A stretch of DNA of 44,185 nucleotides, counting the filler, from Sphacelaria rigidula (lineage: Eukaryota), in assembly GCA_964200075.2 (NCBI GenBank). It is 2 parts of 2 records of this genome, joined end to end, with 100 filler letters (N's around TTAATTAATTAA, not from the genome) between each part and the next. Parts side by side here need not be neighbours in the genome. Positions count along the whole stretch, not along the records: positions 1 to 22,048 come from CAXNAA020000361.1; 1 more part is not named here. One strand, 5' to 3'. Positions within the stretch are counted from its first letter, which is position 1, and every line of letters begins with the position of its first letter. Below the pieces are notes generated by a model. The model was not told the DNA's origin. It did not search any database and saw only the letters and a program-made list of their open reading frames with translations. Positions 1 through 11,271 of the stretch are shown piece after piece. Position numbers and translations under genes: made by a program.

Positions 1-2403
1 GCGCTGGATGCCCATTTTTTTCGTGCCATTTTTAGCTGGTTTTGGGGGGGGGCTATCGTAGAAAGTGTCCCCCATCATCCAAGACAAGGTACTTCTCAAC
101 ATACAAAATGCTCTGTTTGTACGTTCAACACCTGCAAAACGGAGTGCAACAGCCAAATTATACATCATCCTCACGCTAGGAGGAAATACGCACCCAACAC
201 GCCTAAAACGCACCTGGCCTCTTGCTTCTATAACACCGTAAAAAACGTATGCATCGCATGCGTCCCCGCCGTCGAAGCTTCAATGCTTCAACTTGCTATC
301 ACTTCATTCAGACAACCAAAGGGAACCCATGACTTAAACCGCAATTCAAGTCATGTACACTAATCCAACGACTGCGAACGGACCTCAACCTCCGCCATCA
401 TTGATCACCACTCCTCGTGAGCTCATTTTTGAACTCTTGTTTTCAGGCTAATCCCAGACATTTCCATGTCTTGTTTGGATCTTGGACCGTCATATCACAT
501 CCGTGCATCAGCCGAAATGCAGAAATAACGACTTCCTCGACACTCTTGCAGTCCACCCGCACCAGTTCTTCGAACAAATGGACGCATCATCCACGTGCTG
601 CTTCTGACATGAACGAAAAGTCAACCACGTGCTCGTTCAAACACGTGACAGTCCATACAAAAACGTGCCATGGTCAAAGATCATTGATGCATGCGTGCAT
701 AATGTTTTCATCTTCAAATACCGGAAGCACTCGCGTCATACCTGCTCTCATACGACGAGCCTACGCATTTTGTATCTTTCAGCTTATTTTCACGCTGACA
801 GCAGCAATCCATATCTCCTGGAGTCAGTACGTGCAAACCGCACAAATTTGGTTCGACTATGTTCCGGCGCGAACAAGATTATACGAGCTCCCTTCATTTA
901 GCACACAGCAGTATATTGAAAACTGCCCCACCCTAGGTCGTCACCAGATACCATTCATATCAGTACCGTTCTAGCAAAAGTTCGCACATGCCAGCCAAAT
1001 TTCCGCTCAGCATATGAGAATCCGCACATGCATGCCAATATTTCACTCAGCACGTGCAATGCCACTTTCCTCGCAGCAAGCAGCGAGCATCGCCTGTGCC
1101 AACAGATCAGCACAACACACACATGCCAAATATCCACGTGTACGCCAGAGTTTTACTCTGCACACACGATACGATCATACTCGCTCAACAACCATGTTTC
1201 ATGCGCAAATATGACCACAAACCACACAATAATAAGCTGAAATCATCCTCAAAACGATTCTCGAATACCAGTCATGATGTGTTTCCTCATTCTCAACAAG
1301 CACTCAATCACCACAGCACTTGCTCCTCAACATCATCACCCCACTCGGCGCTCACTACAACAGCAAACACCTCAGGTAATGCCTTCTTTGTAGTCCTCCA
1401 GCCCGCTTCTGAGAAACAGCAGCACTCGAACCACAACCCATTGCACAGCGTAGAGCCGCTGCCTTTCCTCTCGGACACTCCCTCCTTGCACCTTCAGTCT
1501 AGCTACACCCAGCACCCCCATGGTGTAGCTCAAGACGCCTCGCCTCTGAAAGGTATATTCGCACCGCCGAACCAATGCGACAGATTCTCTGCCCCCACAG
1601 ATGCTTGCGCATTCATAAACGCTCGTTCTTTAGTCGCTTTCACAGAGGAAATAAGAGGCAAAACCGAAACATCCATACATTCCCGCTCAGCAACATCAAC
1701 CGATGGCACCACGTTATCCTCTTCCAGCACCTGACCGTACAGCGGTAAAGACACCGCAATCAACGCCGCCAAATACGCCACATCTGTCCATGCATACAGC
1801 AGTACACACGACCACCCCCAACACCACGCGACGCTCGTCGTCGCCGTCAGAATTGTGATCGCTAACAGCATCACGAGCTTGCAGCTCGCTCTGCGTACCC
1901 GCTTCACGCAGGTCACACGCCCCTATTGTTTCGTTCATGAAGTATGTTCACAGCCACGCGCTGCTCCGGCGGCCATTCCGCCAACCCGTCATCCACCTGT
2001 CCGTCAAGCAGACACCCCTGCAAATCATCTGACCGACCTCCCGCCATGTTACTGGCGCAGATTGATACACCCTGAGAATCGCAAGCCCCAAGCTTGCTCT
2101 TCTCAATCACATCACGAAGATCACACCCCCTTGCAGCGGTGAGCATGTAAGGTGTGTCTCCAATCACGATCTGGTCCGGCGGCCACAAGCAACCTGGACC
2201 TTCCCGCTCAGCGCTGGCTCATCGGAGCAAGTTGGCTCCGCACTTCCAACAGCAGCGGCAGCAGCGGCTGGATCAAATATTCTCGCTTCAGCCACCACCT
2301 CCTGCTCAGCGCACTCGTGATCTGCAACAGCTCGAGCTGCGTGACATATTCGCCCTCTCCAGCAGCAATACCAGCAGCATCCAAATCAATGCTTACCGTG
2401 GTG

Positions 2404-2686
2404 TGTGAACCTGCCTGAAACCAGAACAAGGTTACAGTGCTGCTCCAAAGGCTTCCTCCCTGTCCATGGCTCCAGAGACTTGAAGGCTCCAAGCAGTCAT
2501 AGGAACAGCAGTCTTCGTCAACCAGAAGTAATCTTGCACCTCGTGTGCAAACATCATACATCACGGAGTCCACCGATCATACTCTCAGACCCGTTATCCA
2601 TCAACCAGACTATAAACGCTTGCTATGCGTTCTCTCCACTGCAGTCATGTACCGAATGAACGTAAAAATGTTGCCCGGAGTCTAAA
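2404..2686 (-). mobile_element. Solo LTR of a gypsy subfamily inserted in copy A
   Basis: Absent from the homologous position in copy B (15981-16008). Reverse-complement similarity to the LTR 3' parts at 5690-5777 and 16200-16294. Flanked by GGTG/GGTA (4-bp TSD, one mismatch). Confidence 0.75.
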
Positions 2687-2704
2687 GGTACTGTCAGCCG
2701 GCGC

Positions 2705-3112
2705 GCTCTCATGTCTACCCCTTTTGACAGACACGTACTGCGTCTCCTTCCCACTTTGCACAGTGGAAGCAGCTGCCCTATCGTGATTTGAGACGCGCCC
2801 TACCGACTGCACGTTCAACGGGTGCACTATCGCGCCTTTCCCCTCGGGCAGACACATGCTTTTCTGCTTTCACAGAGCAAGCATCTGCCCTGTGTCGTTG
2901 TTTCAAACGCGCAGCACCTACTGCACGTTCAGCGGGTGCACTGTCGTGCCTGTCCCCTCGGGCAGACACATGCTTCTCTGCTGTCATAGGGCAAGCAGCT
3001 GCTCTGTATCGTGGTTTCAAACGCGCAGCACCTACTGTACGTTCGGCGGGTGCACTGTCGTGCCTGTACCCTCGGGCAGAAACATGCTTCTCGGCTGTCA
3101 CAGGGCAAGCAG
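2705..3112. repeat. 114-bp tandem repeat, about 3.5 units
   Basis: CCCTCGGGCA recurs at 2841, 2955 and 3069. The homologous array in copy B (17320-17610) is one unit shorter. Confidence 0.9.
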
Positions 3113-3452
3113 CCCCACCGGACGGCGCATGCTTCCGCAACGCGAAAAGCAACCGCTCGTCCTCGACGTCATAATCATGCTTCAAGAACGTGTCACACAG
3201 ACATTTCACAATATGTTTCAGCATGAGCTCAGAAACTGCTGCCACCTCAAAGAGGTTTGTCCACCGCACGTTCACCTGATCTACATCTCGCACATGTTGC
3301 TCATGTTTTCGTAAAAACTCGGCCGATTTCTCGCTCGAAAACTTGCGGCCGTAGTACGGCATCTCCAGCGCCAGTACAGGAACAATACGACCATCGACGA
3401 TGACATATTCCTGCGCCTCATCCCGTTCGGTCAGCAGTACAGTACTCCACAC
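2778..3452 (-). pseudogene. Truncated gag-like ORF fused to 38-aa tandem repeats
   Basis: LEMPYYGRKFSSEKSAEFLRKH...SELMLKHIVKCLCDTFL aligns by eye with gag LKVPEYGRVFSEQASRRFYQRY...KHIQNCVSDTIF. Homologues at 17439-17959 (-), 19200-19583 (-) and 21873-21970 (+). Confidence 0.7.
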
Positions 3453-3920
3453 CGCCTTTTTGAAAAACGAAGTTGCCTCCCACTCACACGAACAACTCTC
3501 TCCTTACACCGAGACGCGCTGTACCACCTCACAATGACAATGGCCACAGTGCCTTATTTTCACGCAGGTCTCACCACGTGTTTGAAGTCCTTAGACTCCT
3601 CCTCCGTACCTGGCCAAGCGTGGAACAAGCAACACTCGCTGGCTCAACCAGGCAGTAATTTCGCCGCTTTTCTGGAACGTGCACGGGCTCGCCAGCTGTC
3701 GGTCAACCCCCCGCACCCCTCGCACGAGCGATACCACAGCGCACCCTAGCACTGCCTCAGAACCTCCTCGGCTCTACTTGTCCAACTCCTCGCGACGTTG
3801 AGACGCCTTGAGCTGGGCTTGTTTGCTGCAAACTGATCAGGCCTGCAGACGTCCCTATCTTGAAGTGTCAGCTGCGTTTTTAGCGAAGCTGCCGCCTCAG
3901 CGGACTTAATGAACGTTCAT

Positions 3921-4167
3921 TGTAGACCTCTGTCACTCAAGATCAGATTGCCATGTGGCCTCCTCCCATCACGGGCACATGGACTTCAGCAGCTTCAGTT
4001 ATTTATGTAATAACTTTCAGCATAGTACAGGAGGCCTCTCCCCGCCAGAGTAGCAAAATCGGGCCTACTCGTCATGGAGGTCACCATCACAGAGTCCGGC
4101 AATCGGACCCGCAACTCCACCTATAAATGCCCCTAACCTTAGGTAACAATGATGGCTAGAGTCTACA
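3921..4167 (-). repeat. LTR of the non-autonomous family
   Basis: TG...CA ends with a 7-bp terminal inverted repeat. Homologous copies at 12028-12284, 18439-18696 and 21161-21420, partial at 19653-19724. Confidence 0.88.
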
Positions 4168-5139
4168 GACCGCGAGGCTAGTAGTCCATCTGGACCATGC
4201 ATACTTTTTTCAGGTGAAAAGTTATGCCGATTCAGCATGTGACCAACCATCGCGGTCAAGGAGTTTATTAATATCATATTCATCAAATGAAAAGCCATGC
4301 CCACGGAACAACAAATAAACTTTGAAACGCGAGTTATTCGCCCAACGAAAGCTGTGGAATCATGGCAGCCGATAGATAAATCAAGCTCCTCAAACCATGA
4401 CGAGATGGTGGACCAACACCCGCCCAGGCCACATTACAAACCCGGTGACTATTTGTACTCCACTCGTCTGTGTAAGGGCCGGGCCGTCCTCGTTGAAGTT
4501 CATCAGTACATATGACTTTGTCGCATGTTGAGGACATCATGTTGCTCCAGCTTTGATTCGCTTCCCCCCCCAAAATGGTTCAGCTTCCTGGTTTCACTTA
4601 CCGGCGTTGGGCTACAAATGTTCATGGTTAATATTACTTGATTTAAGTGCCTTCAACGAGAATCGAATTTTGGTAGGGCTGACGGTTCCGTATGCTCCTC
4701 GGCTACGCACAACGCGTTTTCCTTGAAATTGGTGCCACAGGCGCCGATTTGGGGTCTACCAAGGCCTTCACTTAATGCAAGGAATGTATGTACCGCCCTT
4801 GCCCGAGTGTTCTCGGTGTGCATTGGGTTTGTTCAACCCAACCAGCCTCTCCTTGCATCCCAGGGTATCGCAAGCGCGGACGAAGAAAAGCGACCCAGTG
4901 GCATGTAATACATGAGGAGCAACAACAGAAATAACGGTAGGGTTCTGCTTTTCGAATGCTGTACACTCTTTCTCGGTATGAATTCTGGATTCATGCCGTT
5001 CTCTTCCGATGACGTAGGGCACATTTTACCCCACGAGCCTGGATAAGCCCCAGAAGTCGGTCTGTTCATGTCCGTTCGTGCTTTTGGTCGGTGACACGTT
5101 TTTTGCCCATTTTGGGGGGTCAGGCGCGCCCAGTTGGCG

Positions 5140-5525
5140 AAGTTCCCGCCGGAGCAGCGTGTAGGTGTGGACACGCCGTGCATGCTCGAAGCAGCAGGGG
5201 TGTGTGACCCGCGTGAAGCGGGTAGGCAGAGCGAGCTTCAGGATTGCGATGCTATTAGCGATCATAATCCCTACAGTGACGTCGAGCGTTGAGTAGTGTT
5301 GGGGTGGCCATATGTATTCCTGCTTGCGTGGTCAGGTTTGTCGAGGTTGGCGGCGTTGATTGAGGTGTCTCTGCCGCTGCACGTTCAGGTACTTGAGGAG
5401 GATGGTGTGATGCCAACGGAAGGTGTTGCTGTGCGGGACTGTATGCCTGTTGCGTTTCGCCTCTCGCTTCCTCTGAAGAAACGGCTGAAGCACGAGCATT
5501 AGTCAATACTCAAGGATCTATGGGG
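5140..5525 (+). mobile_element. Internal fragment of the non-autonomous LTR family; host of the gypsy insertion
   Basis: Reverse complement of about 1590-1980 and 12775-13150; ends exactly at the gypsy LTR start. Confidence 0.75.
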
Positions 5526-5777
5526 TGTCAAAAAGTATAGTTGCACCTCTAGTATAAGGAGTACGGTAGTTTGCGGATATCAGTTTGGATCGTGTGACAA
5601 CGATTTGGAGGATGATTATTTTTGCGTACCATATTGTGTTTGCGAGGGGAGCGAAGAAGGGTCACTTCTGGTTATTACGAACACCGCTGTTTGAATAACT
5701 GCTTGAGTCTTGAAGTCTGTGGAGCCCGTGACACAGAGGAAGCCTCTGGAGCAGCATTGTGACGTTGTTTTTTTACA
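5526..5777 (+). repeat. 5' LTR of the gypsy element
   Basis: Runs TGTCAAAAAG...TTTTTTTACA. The first ~95 bp recur at 11069-11163, which starts TGTAAAAAAA, the inverted complement of this LTR's end. Confidence 0.85.
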
Positions 5778-5956
5778 ATAAACGTTTACTCAGAAAACTT
5801 GTCGTTTCTGAATTAGGTTTTTGAAGTCGCACCCGACCATTCGTAGAACGTGAGGGCGCTCATGTTGAATAACAGGGGGGGAAAAAAAGCGGCGGAGAGT
5901 GGGGCGTAGGCCACTCGAATCCAAGGCGACTGCGGTGGCAGGAGGCTGTTGGAAGG

Positions 5957-7137
5957 ATGGCAGCGCGAACGGAAGGGGGCACCAGCGAGACGGTTGATGA
6001 GGTGAAGTTTTGCAGTAACCGAATCAACAGTGGGTGGACCCTTGAAAGTGCCCGAATATGGGCGAGTATTTAGTGAACAAGCCTCCAGACGCTTTTACCA
6101 ACGGTATCGAGAGTATGAGGAGGCAGTGGGAAAAAGGAACAAACGCCGGTCGGTTAAGTGCGCACTCTTGACCATCCAAGAGTTGGTTGGCGCCCAAGCA
6201 CATCCAGAACTGCGTGTCTGACACCATCTTTGGCGGGTTGCCGCTCGACGAAGACGAGGTGCAGCAAGGGGTTGCAAGCCAAGCTAAATGCTGCATCAAC
6301 GTGAAAATTGATCCTTCCGAAGCTGCAGCAGGCTTGAAAAAGGCCCATGCCGCACGGTCTGAACCAACTGCAATGGGTCGAGGAGAAGGGCAATGGCGTT
6401 CATTATAGGGGTACTTTGCGGAAAATGCAGGTGCGGAGTGCGTTTTCCTTGAATCTTACCGTACGTTCAAGGCTGGTCCAGCACACATCATTACCAGTGT
6501 GCTATGGTCGCCGGCCTGACCCCACCTGAGTTCAAGAATGAAGTTCAAAATATACTCTATATGAAAAGCGACTCGAAAGAGAGCCCGAGAATGGTTTATG
6601 AGGTAGCTCATGACTTGGCGGAAAAATAGAAGACTGTGAAGAAGGTTGACAAACACCGCGGCCAGCAACCGCGACTTGGGCAAAAAAGCGGCTGACGGCT
6701 CGAAAAAACTGACATCGCATGCCGGCGCAGCGGCTGCGGTCGCCGCAGCGTGTGGTGGCGGTAAGAGCTCGACCAAGCCCCACACACCTGATCCGAGCTA
6801 TGCAGGTTGTTTCGAGTGTGGCGATAAGGGCCACTACGAGAAGGACTGTAACAAACAGAGCACACCTGCGGCCGCGGTGAGTGCGTCAGGTGGGCAAGCA
6901 AAGTCGTCGCCGCCGCCGCCGCAGCAGCAGCAGCAGCAACGAGTCTATGGTCAGCGGGGGGGCAGTAAAGGTCCTGCTCCCACACGGACTGTTTTCCCGG
7001 GGGATGGGACGCAAGGGGGTACTAGTAGTGCGGATAGCATGGTGCCACTCCAGCCTTCCGCTCCAGCTCTTGCAGCTCAACCCCAACTGCCGTCAAGACC
7101 GGCTCAGGAGTGGACGTCTCAGTCAGTTCCGGTATAG
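5957..7137 (+). pseudogene. gag: gag pseudogene with CCHC zinc knuckle
   Basis: Frameshifted pieces LKVPEYGRVFSEQASRRFY and KHIQNCVSDTIF; knuckle CFECGDKGHYEKDC (CX2CX4HX4C) near 6808-6849. Confidence 0.88.
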
Positions 7138-7182
7138 CGGGGTCTGCACACCGCTGAGGTTGCAGATTTTCAGGCTGAGGGT

Positions 7183-10100
7183 GTGGTAGTTGACCGCAAC
7201 CAGCGGTGCTGCCGGGCAGACTTATCCGTTCCAAGTTCTACAATCAAGAACGTTTGCCCTGTTACTGCAGTTTCGGATTCGGGGGCTGGCATCACTATCA
7301 TGTCTGAAAAAGTGACGGCCCAGTTGCAAGCTGTGTTTTCTGATGTGCCAGCTGTCACGAGCATGGCTCGTGCACACCCGGTGAAACTAGCTGATGGTAA
7401 TGTACGGAGTATGCAGTCAAAGACGTGCCTGTTGTGCACCGTTCTGCACACCAGCTGGGGGCCGGTGGGCTGGATCCGTGTCATTATGCGGTCATGCCAG
7501 GTGCCGATGATGTGGTGATCATCGGGAGCGGTACGCTGAAGGCCGTGGGCATTGATTGACGTGTAAAGTAGGCTGGACGCATGCGCACGCTCAAGGCACG
7601 CGTTGGTGAGAGCTGTAGATACGCCTGAATTCCGAGAATGTAGGCGTGTGAGCATTGCGATTGAGGCGTCACAGGATCCAGGCGGATAAGAGGGGCCTGT
7701 GGATCCCTCCGTTGAGCGATTGATGTCGCGTGGTCCCGAGCGATTGATGCCGTGTTGCATTGGATCATGCGGTACAGGCGGCCGCGGACAAGGGGATGTC
7801 GGCGAGCGGCTTTGGTAAGCTTCGGGAGGTTGTTGGGCGACGTGTCAACGTTTTTCGGCGAGCACTGCGCGGTGATCCGCCTGCTCGGGTAGAGCCATTA
7901 AAGGTGAGATTCCAACCTGGGGCTAGAGCAGTCAATGCGAGCCCGCGGGTGTATTCCCCTGTAAAGGCAATGTGGTTAGCAGGGTGTATGGCGACACTGG
8001 TGGCGCTTGGGCTCGTATTTCGCAGCTCACAGGCAGTGTGGGCGAGTGCAGCCATGGCGACGCCGAAGAATGGCGGTTCTCGACTGGTGAGGGATTATTG
8101 CGCTGTAAACGAGCAGATTGAGAAGGTTCCGCATGTTATGCCTAACCACGAGGCGGAGATGATCGATTTGCTAGGCGCTGCGTATTTTGGCAAGATTGAT
8201 ATGCTGCAGGGTCACTGGCAGATGCCGCTGGCGGCTGATGCACAAGAAATATTCACCATCGCCCCTCCTGAAGGTCTGTCCCCCCCCCCCCCCCCCCCGG
8301 GGCCCCCAGGGGGGGGGAATGCGACGGGGTATTTTCAAGGCATCATGACAGAATTATTGACCGGACTTCAGTGCAAAGTATGGGCGGATAATATCTTGTG
8401 GTGAGGTAAAGATGAGGATGATCCGTTGTGTATACTGGACGAGATATTGGGCCGTTTGGAGGATGCTGGGTTTTTTGCGGCTGCGCACAAGTGCATGCAT
8501 GTTCTACGACACACAGATCACGTGGTGCGAGAAAGTCTTTTCAGGTGGTCAAGTGGCTCATGACCGCGAGAGACTGAGCGGGCTGGCCAATCTTAGGCAC
8601 CCGCGCACAGCAGGCGAGCTTGTGCAGTTCCTGCAGGCGGTAAACTGGCCGAGAACGTCCCTGCCGCGTCTGGCGGAGGTGGTGGAGCCGCTGCGGGTAT
8701 TACTGGAGAAGAACATGCAGGGAAACGCGCGCCGAACCAAGCGAGTGGCGTCAAACCGGACAATCAAGGATTCGGCATGGACATCCAGGCCTGCTCAGGC
8801 GTAGCACGAGGCGCAAGATTTGGTGGCGCATGCTGTCGCTTTGTCCTATCCCAAGTAGGGGTATGAGGTGCTCATGTTTCCAGACGCATCAGATCTACAC
8901 TGGGGAAGTTTTCTTACGTAGGTGCCGAAGGATAAGTTGGGTGGTACATTGGCGGTGGAAGACATGAGCCATGAGCCGATGGGGTTTCTTAGCGGAACTT
9001 TTCGTGGAGCGCAGGTTCGGTGAGCTACGGTGGACAAGGAAGACTATGCGATCGTAGGTATTTTCCGTAGGTTGGAGTATCTTCTATGGGTTGGGGTACA
9101 TATCTTCACCGATCATCGTGATCTACCATACATTTCTACCCCCGAGGCGTGCGTTGCACCCGTGTCTAAGACTGCTGCCCAGAGGCTCGAGCAATGGAAG
9201 GCTGTGCTCGGGCAGTACGATTACTCCACCAGGCACATTGCTGGTGAGCGCAACTGCTGGCGAGATTTATTGTCAAGGTGGGTAAACGTTCCGGCGGTGT
9301 CTGTGCGTGCTGCGGCCGTGTTTGCGAGGGGTCAGCCTGATGAAACGCTGCCGCCGAAGAACGCTATTCGTGAGGCCCAAGAGCAGGCTCAAGCCGGGTT
9401 CGGAATGATGATTGCTGGAGCCCCAAGTTTTGCAGCAGCTGTTGGACGAGTTTCGAAAGACGGTGAGGGTTTATTGAGCGTGCATGTGGCAGGGCGGAAT
9501 GTGTTGTGGATCCCGCCGGAAGCAAAAGAGCTGCAAGCACGCTTGATGGTATGTGCTCACATATAGGGGCGGGCCGGGCCATCGGGGTGTTGTGGCGACT
9601 CTGCAGCGGCTGCGAGAGTATTTCTGTTGGTTCCGGATGGAAGCTCATGTGACAGATTTTGTGAGGAAATGGTTGCATTGTTTGGACTCGAAAGCGGGTG
9701 AGACGGTCCCGCGGCCACTAGGGGAGACAGCGCATGGCACACGGCCCGGTGAGGTGATACAGTTTGATCATCTGTACGTTGGTGACAGTGATCCGCTGGG
9801 CGAGAGCGGCCTGGATGAAGGCAACAGGTACAAGTAGATATTGGTTATGATGGATGATCTGTGCAATTTCGTGTGGTTGAAGCCCACCGAGTCGTTTACA
9901 GCTACAGCGACGGTGCAGTATCTGTTGGCGTGGTGCAAGGTGTTGGGTCCGCCGGAGGTCTGGGTTAGTGACACCTCGTCGCATTTCAAGAACCGTGTGA
10001 TGCGAGGACTGGAGAAGGCGCTGCAGCTGGACAGGAGGCTAGCGGTTCCCAACTCACCGTGGTCGAATGGTACGTGTGAAAGGATGATGCGAGAGGTTGT

Positions 10101-10893
10101 CCGTACTTTGAAGGCCATACTGCAAGAAGAGAGGCGCGACGTTCGTGACTGGGTGGGACTGGTGCCTGCTGTACAGTGGGCATTGAACACGGCATTCCGC
10201 GAGCGCTACGCCAGTACGCTATACCATGTGATGTTTGGACGGGCGCCGCGCACAAGTTTTTCAACCCTGGCATCGTCGACCGTTGGCCAGTGGCGACTTG
10301 ATGGGCTGGATGAGGACATGCTGCGGGAGAAGGTGGCATCAGTCGTGGAGGCGCAGCAAGAGCTGCAGAAGGAGGTGGCGCAGCGTGTTGAGAAGACTCG
10401 TGAACTAACTGCAACGACGTTAGTGAGGGACAGTCGCCAAATTTCATGGTGGGTGACTATTTCTTGGCTGCGCGGGTTAGGCGCTCAGGAACAACGCCGA
10501 AACTCGTAAGTGCGTGGCAGCGGAGCAAAAACATGTCTACGAGATTCAGGATATTGTGAATGGCGAGGTAAAGGACGCGCATGTCGCCCGTGTCCGGTAC
10601 TATGCGGACAACGAACTGGAGGTCACCGCGGATGTGAAGCATGTGTTCCAGCATGCATATCTCAAGGAGAGTTCGAGATGGATGCCATCGCCGGGATATC
10701 TGAGGCTCAAGAAGGAAATGGCTACGATATATGTGTGAAATGGGTAGGTTTCGACGAGGACGAAAGTTCATGGGAGCCATTGGGTGTTATTTGGAGAGGA
10801 GCGCCGCAGTTTGTACGATCTGAACTGCGGAAATTGATATTGAATAAGAAGGTACGGGAGCGTCTGAAGACCAAGTATGGTATCAAGCTGTGA
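7183..10893 (+). pseudogene. pol: pol pseudogene: aspartic protease, RT, RNase H, integrase, chromodomain
   Basis: Protease AVSDSGA. RT: LVRDYCAVN, KIDMLQGHWQMPL, VWADN (decayed W-x-DD). RNase H: FPDAS, DKEDYAI, IFTDHRDL, HIAGERN. Integrase: HHCC region (CAH..GHRG..WLHC), FDHL, WVSD, SNGTCER. Chromodomain ICVKWVGFDEDESSWEPL at about 10667-10893. Confidence 0.95.
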
Positions 10894-11068
10894 CTAGTTG
10901 TCTGGGTACTTCGTGGATGAATTGTATCATGCGATTGGTGTTCGTCGAGTATACCACTTGGTTATCGTTTGCATGATTGTTCTTTGTTGACATCCCAGAT
11001 TTATTGTCGGTGTCTACTGATGATCAAGCTCGTTTTCTACCTTTGAGTAGAACGTAGCTTGGGGGTGC

Positions 11069-11163
11069 TGTAAAAAAAGTACAGTAGCACCTCTAGCATG
11101 AGGAGTATGGTGGCATATGGATGTCAGTTTGGATCGTGTGACAACGGTTTAGAGGATGATTAT
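11069..11163 (+). repeat. Truncated 3' LTR of the gypsy element
   Basis: Direct repeat of 5526-5620. Followed at 11171 by a short inverted LTR-end fragment (TGTGAACCTGCCTG...AGAACAAGG) like the one at 2404. Confidence 0.85.
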
Positions 11164-11271
11164 GAAATGCTGTGAACCTGCCTGCAATCAGAACAAGGCC
11201 TCTTGCTTGTTCAACTCCGTGAAAACTTCATCGCCCACTCAACCTTTGAGCATATTGAAAAAAAAATAAAA

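Larger units (their letters stand above)
1..4167 (-). mobile_element. Non-autonomous (pol-less, LARD-like) gypsy-derived LTR element, copy A; runs off the left edge
   Basis: LTR 3921-4167 (TGTAGAC...GTCTACA), leader, truncated gag-like ORF 2778-3452, 114-bp repeats, then a long internal region with no pol motifs. Collinear with 14255-18696. Confidence 0.8.
5526..11163 (+). mobile_element. Degenerate Ty3/gypsy LTR retrotransposon with integrase chromodomain (chromovirus-like)
   Basis: 5' LTR 5526-5777 and truncated 3' LTR 11069-11163, roughly 85% alike by eye. Domain order is gag-PR-RT-RH-IN-chromo, with many stops and frameshifts. A G-run (GGGGG, 11061-11065) lies just before the 3' LTR. Confidence 0.95.

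Noticed and set aside
417-1734. Long plus-strand ORFs 417-974 and 1054-1734
   Set aside because: Antisense to the LTR element, not kept open in the other copies, and with no recognisable motifs.
2705-3112. Regularly spaced repeats as a CRISPR array
   Set aside because: Whole units are repeated with no unique spacers; no cas genes; eukaryotic context.
4168-5139. Unique-looking segment between LTR elements
   Set aside because: Only short ORFs in all frames; no family or structure I could support.
8280-8318. Poly-C/poly-G tract encoding PPPPPPGPPGGG inside RT
   Set aside because: Replaces a normally conserved RT segment; most likely sequencing error or homopolymer slippage, not a real insertion domain.
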